Shown: positions 49,254-61,040 of the stretch, piece after piece
Layout of the letters: each line of letters starts with the position of its first letter
Position numbering within the stretch: position 1 is the first letter of the stretch
Source: Ascoidea asiatica JCM 7603
Taxonomy: Eukaryota > Fungi > Ascomycota
Assembly: GCA_001600695.1 (NCBI GenBank)
Contig: BCKQ01000009.1
Location: 1-64,000, forward strand
DNA length: 64,000 bases
Reading direction: 5' to 3'
The notes under the pieces: model-generated
The model's database searches: none
Told to the model about the DNA's origin: nothing
What the model saw: only the letters and a program-made list of their open reading frames with translations
Program-made: the position numbers and the translations under genes

Positions 49254-51602
49254 ATGCAAAGTTTGAATTTACCTTCAAATTTTGATTTATCAGATGATTC
49301 AGATGATGATACTATTTATCAAAAACTTAGTAAATATGGTGTAGCGACTTTAAGAGCTTTAAAATCTGAAGAAGAAAATAAAATTCATAATGATAAAATT
49401 AATAAAATCGACAATAATAGTAGTAATGATAAGGATAATAATAGTCAGGATATTGAAAATAATCTGAGTAATAAAAATATTAAAGACATTGAAACTACTC
49501 CTACCAATCAATCCAATCAGTCTAATCAATCAAACCATTCCAATCAATTTCAATATGTGAATCAATCAAATTATTTAAATAGAAATAATCAATTCAATCA
49601 AAATAATTCAAGCACTCAAAATATCTCAAATACCCCAAATATTCCAATTACTTCAAGTATTTCAAATATTTCAAATAATCAAAGAAATCAAAATTCCATA
49701 GATCCAAAAATAATACATTTCAATCTTAATACTCAACCAACAATAAATTCAACTTTTCAAAGAAATCTGAATGATAATCAAGATTCTCAATTTAATCCAA
49801 ATAATGCAACTACAATTAATAGTAATAATATTATGGATTTTAATTCATATTCAAATGAAAATACAAAAGCAACTACTCTTACGGTAACTAAAAAAGAAAA
49901 GGATACTCAAAAATCACTAAATCAATCTCAGTCTCAATCACAATCACAATCCCAATCACTGTCACAGTCGCAATTCAAACCTAGTAATAGTGCAAATGGT
50001 TCAACTGATTCTTCAAGAAAAAATATATCTTCCTTCTCTTCTAAAAAAAATTTAGGTATTCCACAAAGAATTACTGATAATATTCAAAATCAATCTTTAC
50101 AAAGTTCTGAAAATGATGTGATAATGACTCCTGTAAATAATAAAGTTAAAAATATTGAGAATTTCACTAATATCGATGATCCTAATAATATCAATAATAT
50201 AAATAATATCAGTGATTTAAATAATATGAATAAGATAAACAGTATTGATAATATTGATAATATTGAAAATGAAATATATAATCAATCTGATAAATTCTTT
50301 CAAAAAAAAAATAGTGACATAAATTTAAATTTTAATTATAATAATTCAATGGAAAGGTTTGGCTCAAAATTTAATCATTCAAGAAAATCTTTAACAGGTA
50401 AATCAAATATTTTAAATTTAAATAATGATAGAACTCCAATGAATAAACAATCTAGAAGAATTAGTTTAAAAAGAATGGAAATTGTATCTCCTTCAGTTTT
50501 AACTTCTACTCCAAAAGATAAACCAAAAACAAGATCTTCTTATGAAAAACAACCAGAAATTTCTAATATAAATTTATCTCAAAAAAGATCCTCATCATAT
50601 TCTTTTAATGATACTTTAGAGGTAAATAATTCTCTTTATGAAATTTTAGGAAAACTTGGAAAAGGTGGATCTTCAGTTGTATATAAAGTAAAATCAAAAA
50701 ATAATAAAGTTTATGCAATTAAAAAAGTTTCTTTAGATACTGTTGATAAAGCAATTGTTAAAGGTTATAAAGGAGAAATCGGATTATTACTTAAATTAAG
50801 AAACTATGATAGAGTTGTAAAATTAGTTGATTATAATATAAGCTCATTCTTTCTTTTTTTAGTCATGGAATGTGGTGATATTGATTTAGCCAGTGTTTTA
50901 TCTCAACGATTAAAAGAACCTTTAGATGTTGAATTTGTTAGATTTCATACTAAAGAAATGTTAGAATGTGTTCAAGCTGTCCATTCAGCTGGTGTAGTTC
51001 ATTCGGATTTAAAACCTGCTAATTTTTTATTTGTAAAAGGAAAACTTAAATTAATTGATTTTGGAATTGCAAATGCAGTTCCAGATCATACAGTTAATAT
51101 TTATAGAGATAATCAAATTGGTACATTAAACTATATGGCACCAGAAACATTATTAGATGATAAAATTTCTTCTTCCACTCATAGTTCTACATGGAAGGTT
51201 GGAAAACCTTCAGATGTTTGGTCATGTGGATGCATTTTGTACCAAATGATATATGGAAAACCACCTTATGCTCATCTTGAAGGTACTAAAAGAATTCTTG
51301 CAATAATCAATCCAGAAGTTAAAGTATCATTTCCAGAAAAATCTACAGGTGATATATATGTTCCAAGATCTGCTATAGCGACAATGAAAGCTTGTTTTAA
51401 TAGAAATCCTAATGATCGATGGACTGCAGAACAAATTTTAAATGGTCCATTCCTTAAGCCTACAGTAATAACGAAAGAGTTTTTAAAATATTTACTAGAA
51501 AGTACAATTGAATATAGCGCAAAACATCCAGATCTTGGAAAACAAACAATTGATTTCTTAGTTGATGATGTTTGGGAAAAGCTTCCTGGTTTTCACTATT
51601 GA
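49254..51602 (+). CDS. MPS1: Mps1/TTK spindle checkpoint kinase
   Basis: GKGGSS.VY, VMECGDIDL, VHSDLKPANFL, IDFGIANA and RDNQIGT.NYMAPE. Adjacent to ARP2, as in S. cerevisiae. Confidence 0.93.
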   Translation: MQSLNLPSNFDLSDDSDDDTIYQKLSKYGVATLRALKSEEENKIHNDKINKIDNNSSNDKDNNSQDIENNLSNKNIKDIETTPTNQSNQSNQSNHSNQFQYVNQSNYLNRNNQFNQNNSSTQNISNTPNIPITSSISNISNNQRNQNSIDPKIIHFNLNTQPTINSTFQRNLNDNQDSQFNPNNATTINSNNIMDFNSYSNENTKATTLTVTKKEKDTQKSLNQSQSQSQSQSQSLSQSQFKPSNSANGSTDSSRKNISSFSSKKNLGIPQRITDNIQNQSLQSSENDVIMTPVNNKVKNIENFTNIDDPNNINNINNISDLNNMNKINSIDNIDNIENEIYNQSDKFFQKKNSDINLNFNYNNSMERFGSKFNHSRKSLTGKSNILNLNNDRTPMNKQSRRISLKRMEIVSPSVLTSTPKDKPKTRSSYEKQPEISNINLSQKRSSSYSFNDTLEVNNSLYEILGKLGKGGSSVVYKVKSKNNKVYAIKKVSLDTVDKAIVKGYKGEIGLLLKLRNYDRVVKLVDYNISSFFLFLVMECGDIDLASVLSQRLKEPLDVEFVRFHTKEMLECVQAVHSAGVVHSDLKPANFLFVKGKLKLIDFGIANAVPDHTVNIYRDNQIGTLNYMAPETLLDDKISSSTHSSTWKVGKPSDVWSCGCILYQMIYGKPPYAHLEGTKRILAIINPEVKVSFPEKSTGDIYVPRSAIATMKACFNRNPNDRWTAEQILNGPFLKPTVITKEFLKYLLESTIEYSAKHPDLGKQTIDFLVDDVWEKLPGFHY

Positions 51603-52063
51603 GTCTTTTAAATGAGCTTTTTTTTTTTTATTTTTTGGCATTTTTTTAAGTATAAAATGATTTTATCAATTATGTATATTAGTCTCTTCTTTATTTTATT
51701 TTTTTTTTTGAAATCTCATTTTTTTTTTGTGTAAATTTTGAAATTTTTTTATATTTTGTTATATGATTTTACATTTTTTTGGTTTTTTTTTACCTTTTAT
51801 CAAAAGTCTCTCGAATGAAAGGAGATTTTTTTTTTTGCATGAAAAACTAAAATATTTCAAAAATCTGCATTTCTTCCATTAAATAAACTTATTTATGTTC
51901 AATTATGATAATATAATAATTGTGTAGTGTATATATTTTTGATTTTTTTTTGACTTTTTTTTGTGTTAAAATTGAAATGGATTGGTTTTTTTTTATTGAA
52001 CAAAAGTGAAATACATTATTTATATGAATATATATAAATATATAATATGTTTTGATGGAATAA

Positions 52064-53260
52064 TTATCTTGGACCAAATTTAGATTGTAAAACTCTTGGA
52101 CCTTGCTCTTCCCATTCTTGTTTTGTTAACCACATATGATCTTTATCAGCCATTATATTTGCCAATACAGCACCCCCTATAAAAACCATATGTCTTCTTC
52201 TTGGAGGATCTTCAATTCTTACTTTAAATTTAGATAATCTATCTGGATCATTATTAAGTACTCTAGTATACCATAATTGTTTCAATTCTTTTTCTAGTCT
52301 TGAAGGTAAACCAGGATACATACTTGAACCACCAGATAATACAATTGATTTAAATAAAGTACTTCTTATATCAACATCACAAGATTGAATTGTATTAAAT
52401 AAAGCTTCACCCATTCCAGGTTGTTCAACATCTATTAAATTTGGTTGAAATAAACATTCAGGAGCTTCAAATCTTTCAGAACCAATTTTTATTATACGAC
52501 CATCAGGTAATTCATAATTTTCTACTAACACAGTTGTATCTTGAGCTAAATTAGTATCAAAATCTAAATCATAAGATATATAACACAATTTTTCTTTAAT
52601 TTGTCTAATTGTTTCAAAATCTGCAGTTCTATTAAAGGCATAACCTCTTCTTAATAATAAATTAATTAAATTTCTAGTTACATCTCTACCAGCAATATCA
52701 ATTCTTTTTGTTTGATGATTTAATACAACAGAATCATAAACAGGAACAATATGAGTTACTCCATCACCGGAATCTACAACAACCCCAGAAGATAAACCTT
52801 GAGCATATAAAGCTAAAACAGCTTGAATTGCAACATAAACACCACCAAATTGATAATTTTCAAGCATTATTTCACACATTTTTTCTCTATTTTTTAAAGG
52901 ATTCATTGGTGGTTCAGTTAAGAGTATTTTTTTACCAGTTGGATCAATTTTCATTTTTTCATAAAATGAATAATTCCATAAATATTGCATATCATCCCAA
53001 TTTTTAATTATACCATTTTCCATAGGATAGGAAATTTGTAATAATGATCTAATTTTTTGAGCTTCATTACCACACATTATATCTTTCAATTCAATATTTT
53101 TTAAATCATTTAATATTGAGGAAGAAATTGAACTTTCTTCAGCTCTAAGTATTGGTCTACCGACAATTGATGGAAAAGTATAATCAGGAAAATTAGTTCC
53201 ACCATAACCAATTTTAACAAAACCAGTTCCCTGATCAAGAACAATGGGCTGACCAGACAT
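52064..53260 (-). CDS. ARP2: Actin-related protein 2 (intronless here)
   Basis: [26 protein letters not shown] and [14 protein letters not shown]. Confidence 0.97.
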   Translation of the reverse strand: MSGQPIVLDQGTGFVKIGYGGTNFPDYTFPSIVGRPILRAEESSISSSILNDLKNIELKDIMCGNEAQKIRSLLQISYPMENGIIKNWDDMQYLWNYSFYEKMKIDPTGKKILLTEPPMNPLKNREKMCEIMLENYQFGGVYVAIQAVLALYAQGLSSGVVVDSGDGVTHIVPVYDSVVLNHQTKRIDIAGRDVTRNLINLLLRRGYAFNRTADFETIRQIKEKLCYISYDLDFDTNLAQDTTVLVENYELPDGRIIKIGSERFEAPECLFQPNLIDVEQPGMGEALFNTIQSCDVDIRSTLFKSIVLSGGSSMYPGLPSRLEKELKQLWYTRVLNNDPDRLSKFKVRIEDPPRRRHMVFIGGAVLANIMADKDHMWLTKQEWEEQGPRVLQSKFGPR

Positions 53261-53695
53261 TTTTTTTAAAATTGAATATATATCTATGAATCAATGAAAG
53301 GAATTAATTGATAAGAAAATGGATTATAATCCACTACAGTACTAGTATTTCAAGAAGTATTGATGTCTATATTAGTATATCGAAATCAAAACACCTCATA
53401 CCGTCCTAAACAATAGTTCTTTCATTAATATGCTTGCCGTACGTAGTATTACTACACTATTATTATTATTATGGGACTGGAGTTCAATAATTTAATATGA
53501 CAAAGAACTCAATAATAATAACTATTGCAGTGATTGTAAAAGTGATACTTTTCCGTATTTATGAACTGAACCAAGAACAACCCCTAACAAGATCACATGA
53601 CACAAGAGACCCTTATAAATGGTCTTTGCTGTTTTATTACCCTGCTGTAATTGTAGAACCAAGTGGCTTATGGATGTGGCACTGAATAGTTTCTT

Positions 53696-53862
53696 GTGGC
53701 GACGTGTCATTTCTCAATTACATGGTTTATTTTTCCGCAATACTATCCTGTCCGCATGAAATGCTTCCATGGGTGTTCTTTGGATCTATTTTCAATACTT
53801 CGAATGCTTCGATGTCCTTCTATTCACGCCACATAAACCGCCACGTAACTTCCGCCACGCAA
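53696..53862. promoter_or_regulatory. KAR2 upstream cluster of UPR-like (Hac1/XBP1 ACGT-core) elements
   Basis: GACGTGTC at 53701. Three phased CGCCAC units (CGCCACAT, CGCCACGTA, CGCCACGC) at about 53827-53860; CACGTA is the reverse of UPRE-2 TACGTG. Confidence 0.5.
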
Positions 53863-54363
53863 GCAGATCTGGGAAGTGAACGTTGATCTTTCTTTCAACA
53901 GCTTCCAGCTCTTCTTCTGTTTGAGCTCAGTTCTTTTTCATTAAACTCCACCGTGTTAACTTAAGTTACCGCTGCAAAAATCACTGTATTTACCGCTATT
54001 ACACTTTTCGACTTCTAACACTTGTTCACCTCTTACGTATGTGTGTATTAAGTATCACATCTCAATTTATTTCACTCTGAAAAGACCATATAAGCGCTGT
54101 GATTTCTACCAGAACTTCATCTTCTTCACCTTCTTTTTCTTCTTCTTCTTTAACTTATTTTAATTCAATTATACAACTATTCTTATTCTTTATTCTTTTT
54201 TTTTTTAATTGAATTATTATTATATATTCATTATCAAATTTCTAATTTAATTTTTAAGATTTCACCATTTTAAGATTTAATATTTAATATTTGTTTATAA
54301 GAAAAAGAAAAAGTAAAAAAATCAACAAAAAAAAAAAAAAAAATCAAATTTTTTTTTTTAAAA

Positions 54364-56427
54364 ATGTTAAAACATAATTTTTTTAGTAGATCTTCGATAA
54401 TAATCTTATTATCATTAGTTTATGCATTTTTCTTAATTAATTTAATTCAATCACCTTCAATAGTTAATGCAGATGATGATAATTCAAATGATGTTCAAAA
54501 TTATGGATCCGTTATAGGTATTGATTTAGGTACAACTTATTCATGTGTTGGTGTAATGAAAAAAGGTAAAGTTGAAATTCTTGCCAATGATCAAGGTCAT
54601 AGAATTACTCCTTCATATGTTGCATTTACTGATGATGAAAGATTAATTGGTGATTCTGCCAAAAATCAAGCTTCTTCAAATCCAAATAATACAATTTTTT
54701 CAATTAAACGTTTTATTGGTTTAAAATCTAATGATAAAAGTGTTAAAAAGGATATAAAATCAGTACCTTATAAAGTTATTGATAAAGATGATAAACCAAC
54801 TGTTCAAGTTAAATATCAAAATGAATTAAAAGATTTTTCTGCTGAAGAAATTTCAAGTATGATTTTATCAAAAATGAAATCAATTGCAGAAGATTATTTA
54901 GGTGAAAAAGTAACACATGCTGTTGTAACAGTTCCAGCATATTTTAATGATGCTCAAAGACAAGCAACAAAAGATGCAGGTCAAATTGCAGGTTTAAATG
55001 TTTTAAGAATTGTTAATGAACCAACTGCCGCAGCTATTGCTTATGGATTAGATAAAACTGATGGTGAACGTCAAATTATTGTTTATGATTTAGGTGGAGG
55101 TACTTTTGATGTATCATTATTATCAATTGAAGGTGGTGTATTTGAAGTTTTAGCAACTGCAGGTGATACTCATTTAGGTGGTGAAGATTTTGATTTTAGA
55201 TTAGTTAAATATTTTGTTAAAATGTTTAAAAAGAAAAATAATATTGATTTAACAAATAATTCAAAAGCAATTGCAAAATTAAAGAGAGAAGCAGAAAATG
55301 CTAAAAGAACTTTATCATCTCAATTAAGTACAAAAATTTCAATAGAATCAATTTATGAAAATTTAGATTTTGAATATACTTTAACAAGAGCTAAATTTGA
55401 AGAAATTAATCTTGAAATGTTTAAAAAAACTTTAAAACCTGTTGATAAAGTACTTAAAGATGCAGGTGTTTCTAAAGATGAAATTGATGATATTGTTTTA
55501 GTTGGTGGTTCAACAAGAATTCCAAAAGTTCAAGAATTATTAGAAAAATATTTTAATAAAAAAGCTTCAAAAGGTATTAATCCAGATGAAGCTGTTGCAT
55601 ATGGAGCAGCAGTTCAAGCAGGTATTTTAAGTGGTCAAGGTGGTACTGAAGATATTGTTTTATTAGATGTTAATCCATTAACTCTTGGTATTGAAACAAC
55701 AGGTGGTGTAATGACTAAATTAATTAAAAGAAATACACCAATTCCAACTAAGAAATCTCAAATTTTTTCAACAGCCGCAGATAATCAACCAACAGTACTT
55801 ATTCAAGTTTATGAAGGTGAAAGAACAATGGCAAAAGATAATAATTTATTAGGTAAATTTGAATTAAATGGTATACCACCAGCACCAAGAGGTGTTCCAC
55901 AAATTGAAGTTACATTTAATTTAGATGCTAATGGAATTTTAAAAGTTTCAGCCACTGATAAAGGTACTGGAAAATCTGAATCTATAACAATTACAAATGA
56001 TAAAGGTAGATTATCAGATGAAGAAATTGAAAAAATGATTAAAGATGCAGAAACATTTGCAGAAGCTGATAAATTATTAAAAGAAAAAATTGAAACTAGA
56101 AATCAATTAGAAAATTATTGTACATCTTTAAGAAATCAAATTAATGATGATTCAGAAACTGGTTTAGGTAATAAATTAGAAGAAGATGATAAAGAAACAT
56201 TAAATGATGCAGTTAAAGATACTTTAGAATGGTTGGAAGAAAATTTTGAAACTGCAACTAAAGAAGAATTTGAAGAAGAAAAAGAAAAATTATCTAAGAT
56301 TGCTTATCCAATAACTTCTAAATTATATGGTGGATCACCAGGAGGTCCTCCACCACCATCAGGTTCAGATAATGAAGATGATGATGATGATGAAGAAGAT
56401 GATTTCTTTGATCATGATGAACTATGA
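54364..56427 (+). CDS. KAR2: ER Hsp70 BiP
   Basis: Signal peptide, GIDLGTTYS, Hsp70 motifs and C-terminal HDEL. Confidence 0.98.
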   Translation: MLKHNFFSRSSIIILLSLVYAFFLINLIQSPSIVNADDDNSNDVQNYGSVIGIDLGTTYSCVGVMKKGKVEILANDQGHRITPSYVAFTDDERLIGDSAKNQASSNPNNTIFSIKRFIGLKSNDKSVKKDIKSVPYKVIDKDDKPTVQVKYQNELKDFSAEEISSMILSKMKSIAEDYLGEKVTHAVVTVPAYFNDAQRQATKDAGQIAGLNVLRIVNEPTAAAIAYGLDKTDGERQIIVYDLGGGTFDVSLLSIEGGVFEVLATAGDTHLGGEDFDFRLVKYFVKMFKKKNNIDLTNNSKAIAKLKREAENAKRTLSSQLSTKISIESIYENLDFEYTLTRAKFEEINLEMFKKTLKPVDKVLKDAGVSKDEIDDIVLVGGSTRIPKVQELLEKYFNKKASKGINPDEAVAYGAAVQAGILSGQGGTEDIVLLDVNPLTLGIETTGGVMTKLIKRNTPIPTKKSQIFSTAADNQPTVLIQVYEGERTMAKDNNLLGKFELNGIPPAPRGVPQIEVTFNLDANGILKVSATDKGTGKSESITITNDKGRLSDEEIEKMIKDAETFAEADKLLKEKIETRNQLENYCTSLRNQINDDSETGLGNKLEEDDKETLNDAVKDTLEWLEENFETATKEEFEEEKEKLSKIAYPITSKLYGGSPGGPPPPSGSDNEDDDDDEEDDFFDHDEL

Positions 56428-57219
56428 GCAAATTGTTTTTTTTCTTATTCTTGGTATAGTTTTGTTCTTTTTTATCGGTTGTATATGTATAAAAATTTTT
56501 GTTAAATAAATATAAAAATTTAAATAAAAATTAGAAATTTAAGTAAATTATAAAAGATTTCAAATAATTATAAATATTAATTATGTAATCGGTTTAAAGT
56601 CCTATTTACCAGAACAGTGGGTCAAGTTAGGGCTTTATCAAATTTTACCAACGATGCGGATCAAATGTTTTATATCAAACACGGAGACGAAGGCCCTCAA
56701 ATTGGTAAATAGTTGCGTGGAAAACAAATGGCAAAACAATTAAGATTATGATTGCTATTGGCGGTAGTGACTGCAAGCAGCGTGACGATAATAACCTCGC
56801 CGAAAGGTCTCTAGTTTGAGTTGTGGTTTGAAATAAGTGAAACTTTCATCAGTTTGTTTTGTAATCTGGTGTGAATAATTTCCAAGTTAAAAAAGGAATA
56901 ATTATGAAATGATAATAATTTTAGATTAGAAATCATGAAAGAAAAGTAAAAGAAAATGAAAAAAAAGAAAGAGATAGAAAAAAAAGGAAAAGAGAAAGAG
57001 AAAGAGAAAGAGAAAGAGAAAGAAAAAAGAATTTCTTTTCGGGTTTTAAAAAGAAAAATTTTTTTTTTTTGTTTTGAGGAAGAATATTACTAAACTAAAA
57101 ATATAAAAATTTATTCGAATTTGTTCGAGATTGTTCAAGATTGTTCGAAATTCTTTTGAAGATCCTTTTTGATGTTCTTTTTTTAAGATTGTTTACAGTG
57201 TTTTAGACCCAAAAATAAA

Positions 57220-57680
57220 GCAGGGTGAACATTCGTGACCGGGTAACGGCAGTTAGCACGGCGCATCCAAGGTCGGTTTGAAAATGAAGTAGTACCTCGG
57301 AATACTCTGAATACTTATTTTATGGTAATACCGTGCACATGATTATACCCGGATATCCTGTTGAAAGACATTGAACCGGCGACTAGAGCCAGAGATAAAC
57401 AAACCACGGGCCAGGAGCGCGCGGGTGTGCCTGGCAGTGCGCCTCCATGCGCGCCCGGTAAACAAAGAACGCCAACGTTGCCGGTCTCAGCCCCAGTCTC
57501 GGGGCTGGCAGCACCAAGTTCAGCGCCAAGTTCAGCAAGCTCACCGCAGATTCCAGCGATCTCACAACAACAAAAGCCTCCGGTTGGGATGGAAAACCAG
57601 CGTGAAGCCATTGCTGCTTCGATCCCTTGGTTTGCTTTGATAAGAAATGCGCTTGTCCAGATACGGTATAAATACTCCTG
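57220..57680 (+). promoter_or_regulatory. GC-rich promoter island with Reb1-type site (CCGGGTAA, 57239) and TATA box (TATAAATA, 57667)
   Basis: 57421-57480 is 39/60 G+C. The island lies about 220-670 bp upstream of the small GPI gene. Confidence 0.65.
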
Positions 57681-57891
57681 CACTTCCTTCTTTTTATTTT
57701 ATATTTTACTTCTCTTTTATTTTTTTTTTTTTTTTTTCTCTTTTTATTATCAATCATATTAATTACAATCTTATAGATATCATTCGCTATAAATCAATAA
57801 ATCAATAAATCAATCAAATAGAACTTCATAGTTATACTATTATTACTTATACATTTTTTAATTAAATTAAATTTCATAAATCATATTCAAA

Positions 57892-58059
57892 ATGCAATTC
57901 AAACAAGTTATCATTGCCGCTTTAGCCATTGCTTCAGTTCAAGCTGCTAACACTTCAAATGTTTCTAACACCACCACCTCTACTGATTCTGGTGCTTCAA
58001 ACTTACAACCTGGTTTAATAGCTGCTGCTGCTGTTGCCGGTGTTGCTTTCTTATTATAA
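57892..58059 (+). CDS. 55-aa GPI-anchored surface mini-protein (resembles S. cerevisiae YDR524C-B)
   Basis: MQFKQVIIAALAIASVQAANTSNVSNTTTSTDSGASNLQPGLIAAAAVAGVAFLL*: signal peptide, S/T/N core and hydrophobic GPI signal. AAAATG start context and codons typical of high expression (TTC, AAC, ACC, GCC). Confidence 0.9.
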   Translation: MQFKQVIIAALAIASVQAANTSNVSNTTTSTDSGASNLQPGLIAAAAVAGVAFLL

Positions 58060-58636
58060 GCAAATTAACCATTTAATATAAAATTTTCATTTTTTTATTT
58101 TATTTAGTCATAAAACTTTTTAATTTAATTTAATTAAATTTAATTTAAATTGTGTATCATTATGGTATTAATTTTAATTTTAATTGTTTATTAATTAATT
58201 ATTAATATAATTTGCTTATTCTTTTTTAATTTTTTATTTTCATCCTTTTTCTTTCTTAATTTCATATTTTGGGTTCCTTTTTTGCTTTTTATTTACCTTT
58301 TTAAACTTGTTAATTTCAAGGTTATTGAATAACATTTTAATAATTTGTCTATTCTAATCCTTTTATTTCTCACTAATACTTAATACAATTTTATAAATCT
58401 TAACTAATTTTATAAATTTAATTTCAAATATAAAATTTTGAACTTTCTTTAAATAATTATCTCTATTGTAGTAGTAGTCTTTCGAATTTGATTTTTATCT
58501 TCTAATATTAAAAGATAAGAGGTTTATGTAGGTTGTAATATGTTATTATTACGCTTCTTTGGAATTTTATTTAGTACTTATATTTTTTATTTTTTATTTA
58601 TTATTGATAACTATACATTTTTTCTAAATTAATTAA

Positions 58637-59688
58637 TTATTCTTCTTGTTCATCTAAAGTTTTAAATATAAAAGTTGGAGTATCTTTTGGAAAATCAATA
58701 CCTAATTCTAATAAAGTTTTAAAAGCTTTTGAAAAATCTTTAAATAATTTATTTTCATCTTTTGAATAAATTTGACAAATTTTTTTAAATTTTGGATCAA
58801 AAACAAAAGCCATATCACTTGGTAACATCATTAATGAATGAGTTTTTGAATCTTCAAATTGTGTATTACCATCCCAATTTTGTTTAATTTCCCATTTTTC
58901 ATTTAAAATTAATTCAAAAAATTGATTTGTTACAATATTTGGTGAAAATGTCCAAGGTCCAGTAAATTTTGTATTTTCTTTATGACAACTACCAATACCA
59001 TGTCCAACACCAATTAATGCAACCATTTCTTCATCATTAAATCCTAATCTATTAAATACATTTCTAACATGTTCAGCACCTTGTGTTGCATCTGGTAATC
59101 TACCATAAGGTGGTTGATTTGTTTTTAATAAATTTCTTCTACCTGCTCTCCATGGAATTTTTGGACCATTCATTTCTTGAATTGCAGTTACACCAGCTAA
59201 AGTATATAAATCACCATATGAAATCCAATTATAATTATTTTTAATATCTTCAAGAAATTCTCTTGCAATTTTTAAACCATTATTACCAGGATCATTTGCT
59301 TCATAATCATAAATCATTGTACCACCATATGAACCACCTTTACAACCAGAATTATCATTTTTATCAAAAGATCCTGATAAATGCCATGCTAATCTAACTA
59401 ATACAGGTGCAAAACCAATACCATTATCATAATCATCTTTATCTTGAATTTTTTTTGCAATTTCATTATAAATATTTTGATATTCATTAAAAGAAGATTT
59501 ATCAATATTTGAAGCAACAAAACCTTTAGTATTAATATTATTATTACTATCTAAATTTGAAGCAACTGTTGCACTTGTACCAAAACCAAATAAACTTTTT
59601 AAATAATTGTTATTATTGTTATTATTGTTATTATTGTTATTGTTATTATCTCCATTACTATTGGAATTGTTATTTGAATTACTGTTAC

Positions 59689-59721
<33 letters not shown>

Positions 59722-59929
59722 TGAATTTATAATTAATAGCAGAATAAGTTGTATAAGCAGTTAAACCTGCACCTGCTCCAGCACCGGCATAATAAAGAAA
59801 AGATTTATAACTTGATTTATAACTTGATTTATAACTTGATTTATAACTTGATTTATAACTTGATTTTGAAGATTGTTTAAAAATTGGAAAACTTTTTAAA
59901 AAAGTTTTATTAATTGAAATTGTAGCCAT
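58637..59929 (-). CDS. CCP1: Mitochondrial cytochrome c peroxidase
   Basis: Distal LVRLAWH, proximal His (GVGHGIG), GPW radical Trp and MLPSD. Bipartite presequence. Confidence 0.88.
59802..59865 (-). repeat. 12-bp coding repeat (KSSY)x5 in the CCP1 presequence
   Basis: (GATTTATAACTT)x5, exact, on the + strand. Confidence 0.9.
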
Positions 59930-60736
59930 TGTTTTAATTGAAAATAATAATTATTAATTAAATTTATAATAATAAGAATATATTATTATAAAAGTATACA
60001 AATAAAAATTTAATAAGAAAGAATAAGAATTGAAGAATAAAAAATATATTGAAATCAAAAAGAGGATATCTTAAACTATTTATAAACTCAAATGATTAAC
60101 TAATTATAATATTATATTACTTATATTATAACAATGATTTAAAATCAATTGATGTTTTTTTTTGATTCAATGCAAAATAAGTCAATAAGAATATAGTCAA
60201 TAAGAATATAGTCAATAGTAAATATAGTGAATAAGGAAAATAAAGATTATTAACGTTAGACAAATAAGGGGATAAACTGTAAACAAATTGCCTAATGATT
60301 ATTTGATTTTTATGTTTTAAATGGGTTCCATTGGATTAAAATAAGCTAAATGATTTAATTATGGTCTAGTTTACAATACTATTAATAATAATAATAATCA
60401 AATAATCAAATAATCAAATAACCTTTCTAAGGAATTGCTCTCTCATTATTTCATATTCTATTTCATGGTCCATTTCAATTACATGCTCTAACTCGAAAGC
60501 AAACACGCTTCCAATAGAATGCTCCTGGATTAATAAGCTGCTAGAAAGCAAAAAAGAAGCAAGAAGCAAGAAGCAAGAAACAAGAAAAGCAAGCAGCAAG
60601 CAAGCAATGAAGATTGTTTCTTCCTATCTCCAATCTCCCTTTAAGCTTGTTTCTCTCCAAACAGCTGCTCTTTTATATATTCGAACTGATGCTCACCTGC
60701 TCCTTTGCAGTGCTCTCCCAGCCAGCCATGTCTTTT

Positions 60737-60786
60737 CTTAGTCACTTCCCACCTTTTCCCAGCGCAGGCTCTGGAACATGACTAAG
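60737..60786. promoter_or_regulatory. Inverted pair of Yap1-type elements (TTAGTCA / TGACTAA) upstream of CCP1
   Basis: CTTAGTCA at 60737 and TGACTAAG at 60779, with CCAAT boxes nearby (60511, 60631, 60805 reverse). CCP1 is a known oxidative-stress and respiration-regulated gene. Confidence 0.45.
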
Positions 60787-60863
60787 CGGAAATGGGGCAC
60801 TCTGATTGGCTGAGATGCAGTTATATGAAATATATAGATTTCATCTGATCTGACAGAAGAACT

Positions 60864-60896
<33 letters not shown>

Positions 60897-61040
60897 GAAT
60901 AATCAAAGTGAGTTTATTTATTATATAATGAAAAATATCTGATTGGTGTTATCAGACTATTTTATAGGAAATGAAGGTTTATATACAGACAGATAAAAGA
61001 AACAATGTGAATTGGAATGAAGAAAAGAATATAAATCAAT

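Noticed and set aside
54036-54300. 5'-UTR intron of KAR2 starting at GTATGT
   Set aside because: No convincing branch point, and it lies upstream of the likely TATA (about 54089).
56598-56616. TTTACCAGAAC resembling yeast U5 snRNA loop 1 flank
   Set aside because: The invariant GCCTTTTAC loop and the complementary stem are absent.
57315-57762. Four overlapping ORFs (89-133 aa) in the GC island
   Set aside because: Stop-codon depletion from high GC. They run into TATA/poly-T, show no family similarity, and the region is better explained as a promoter.
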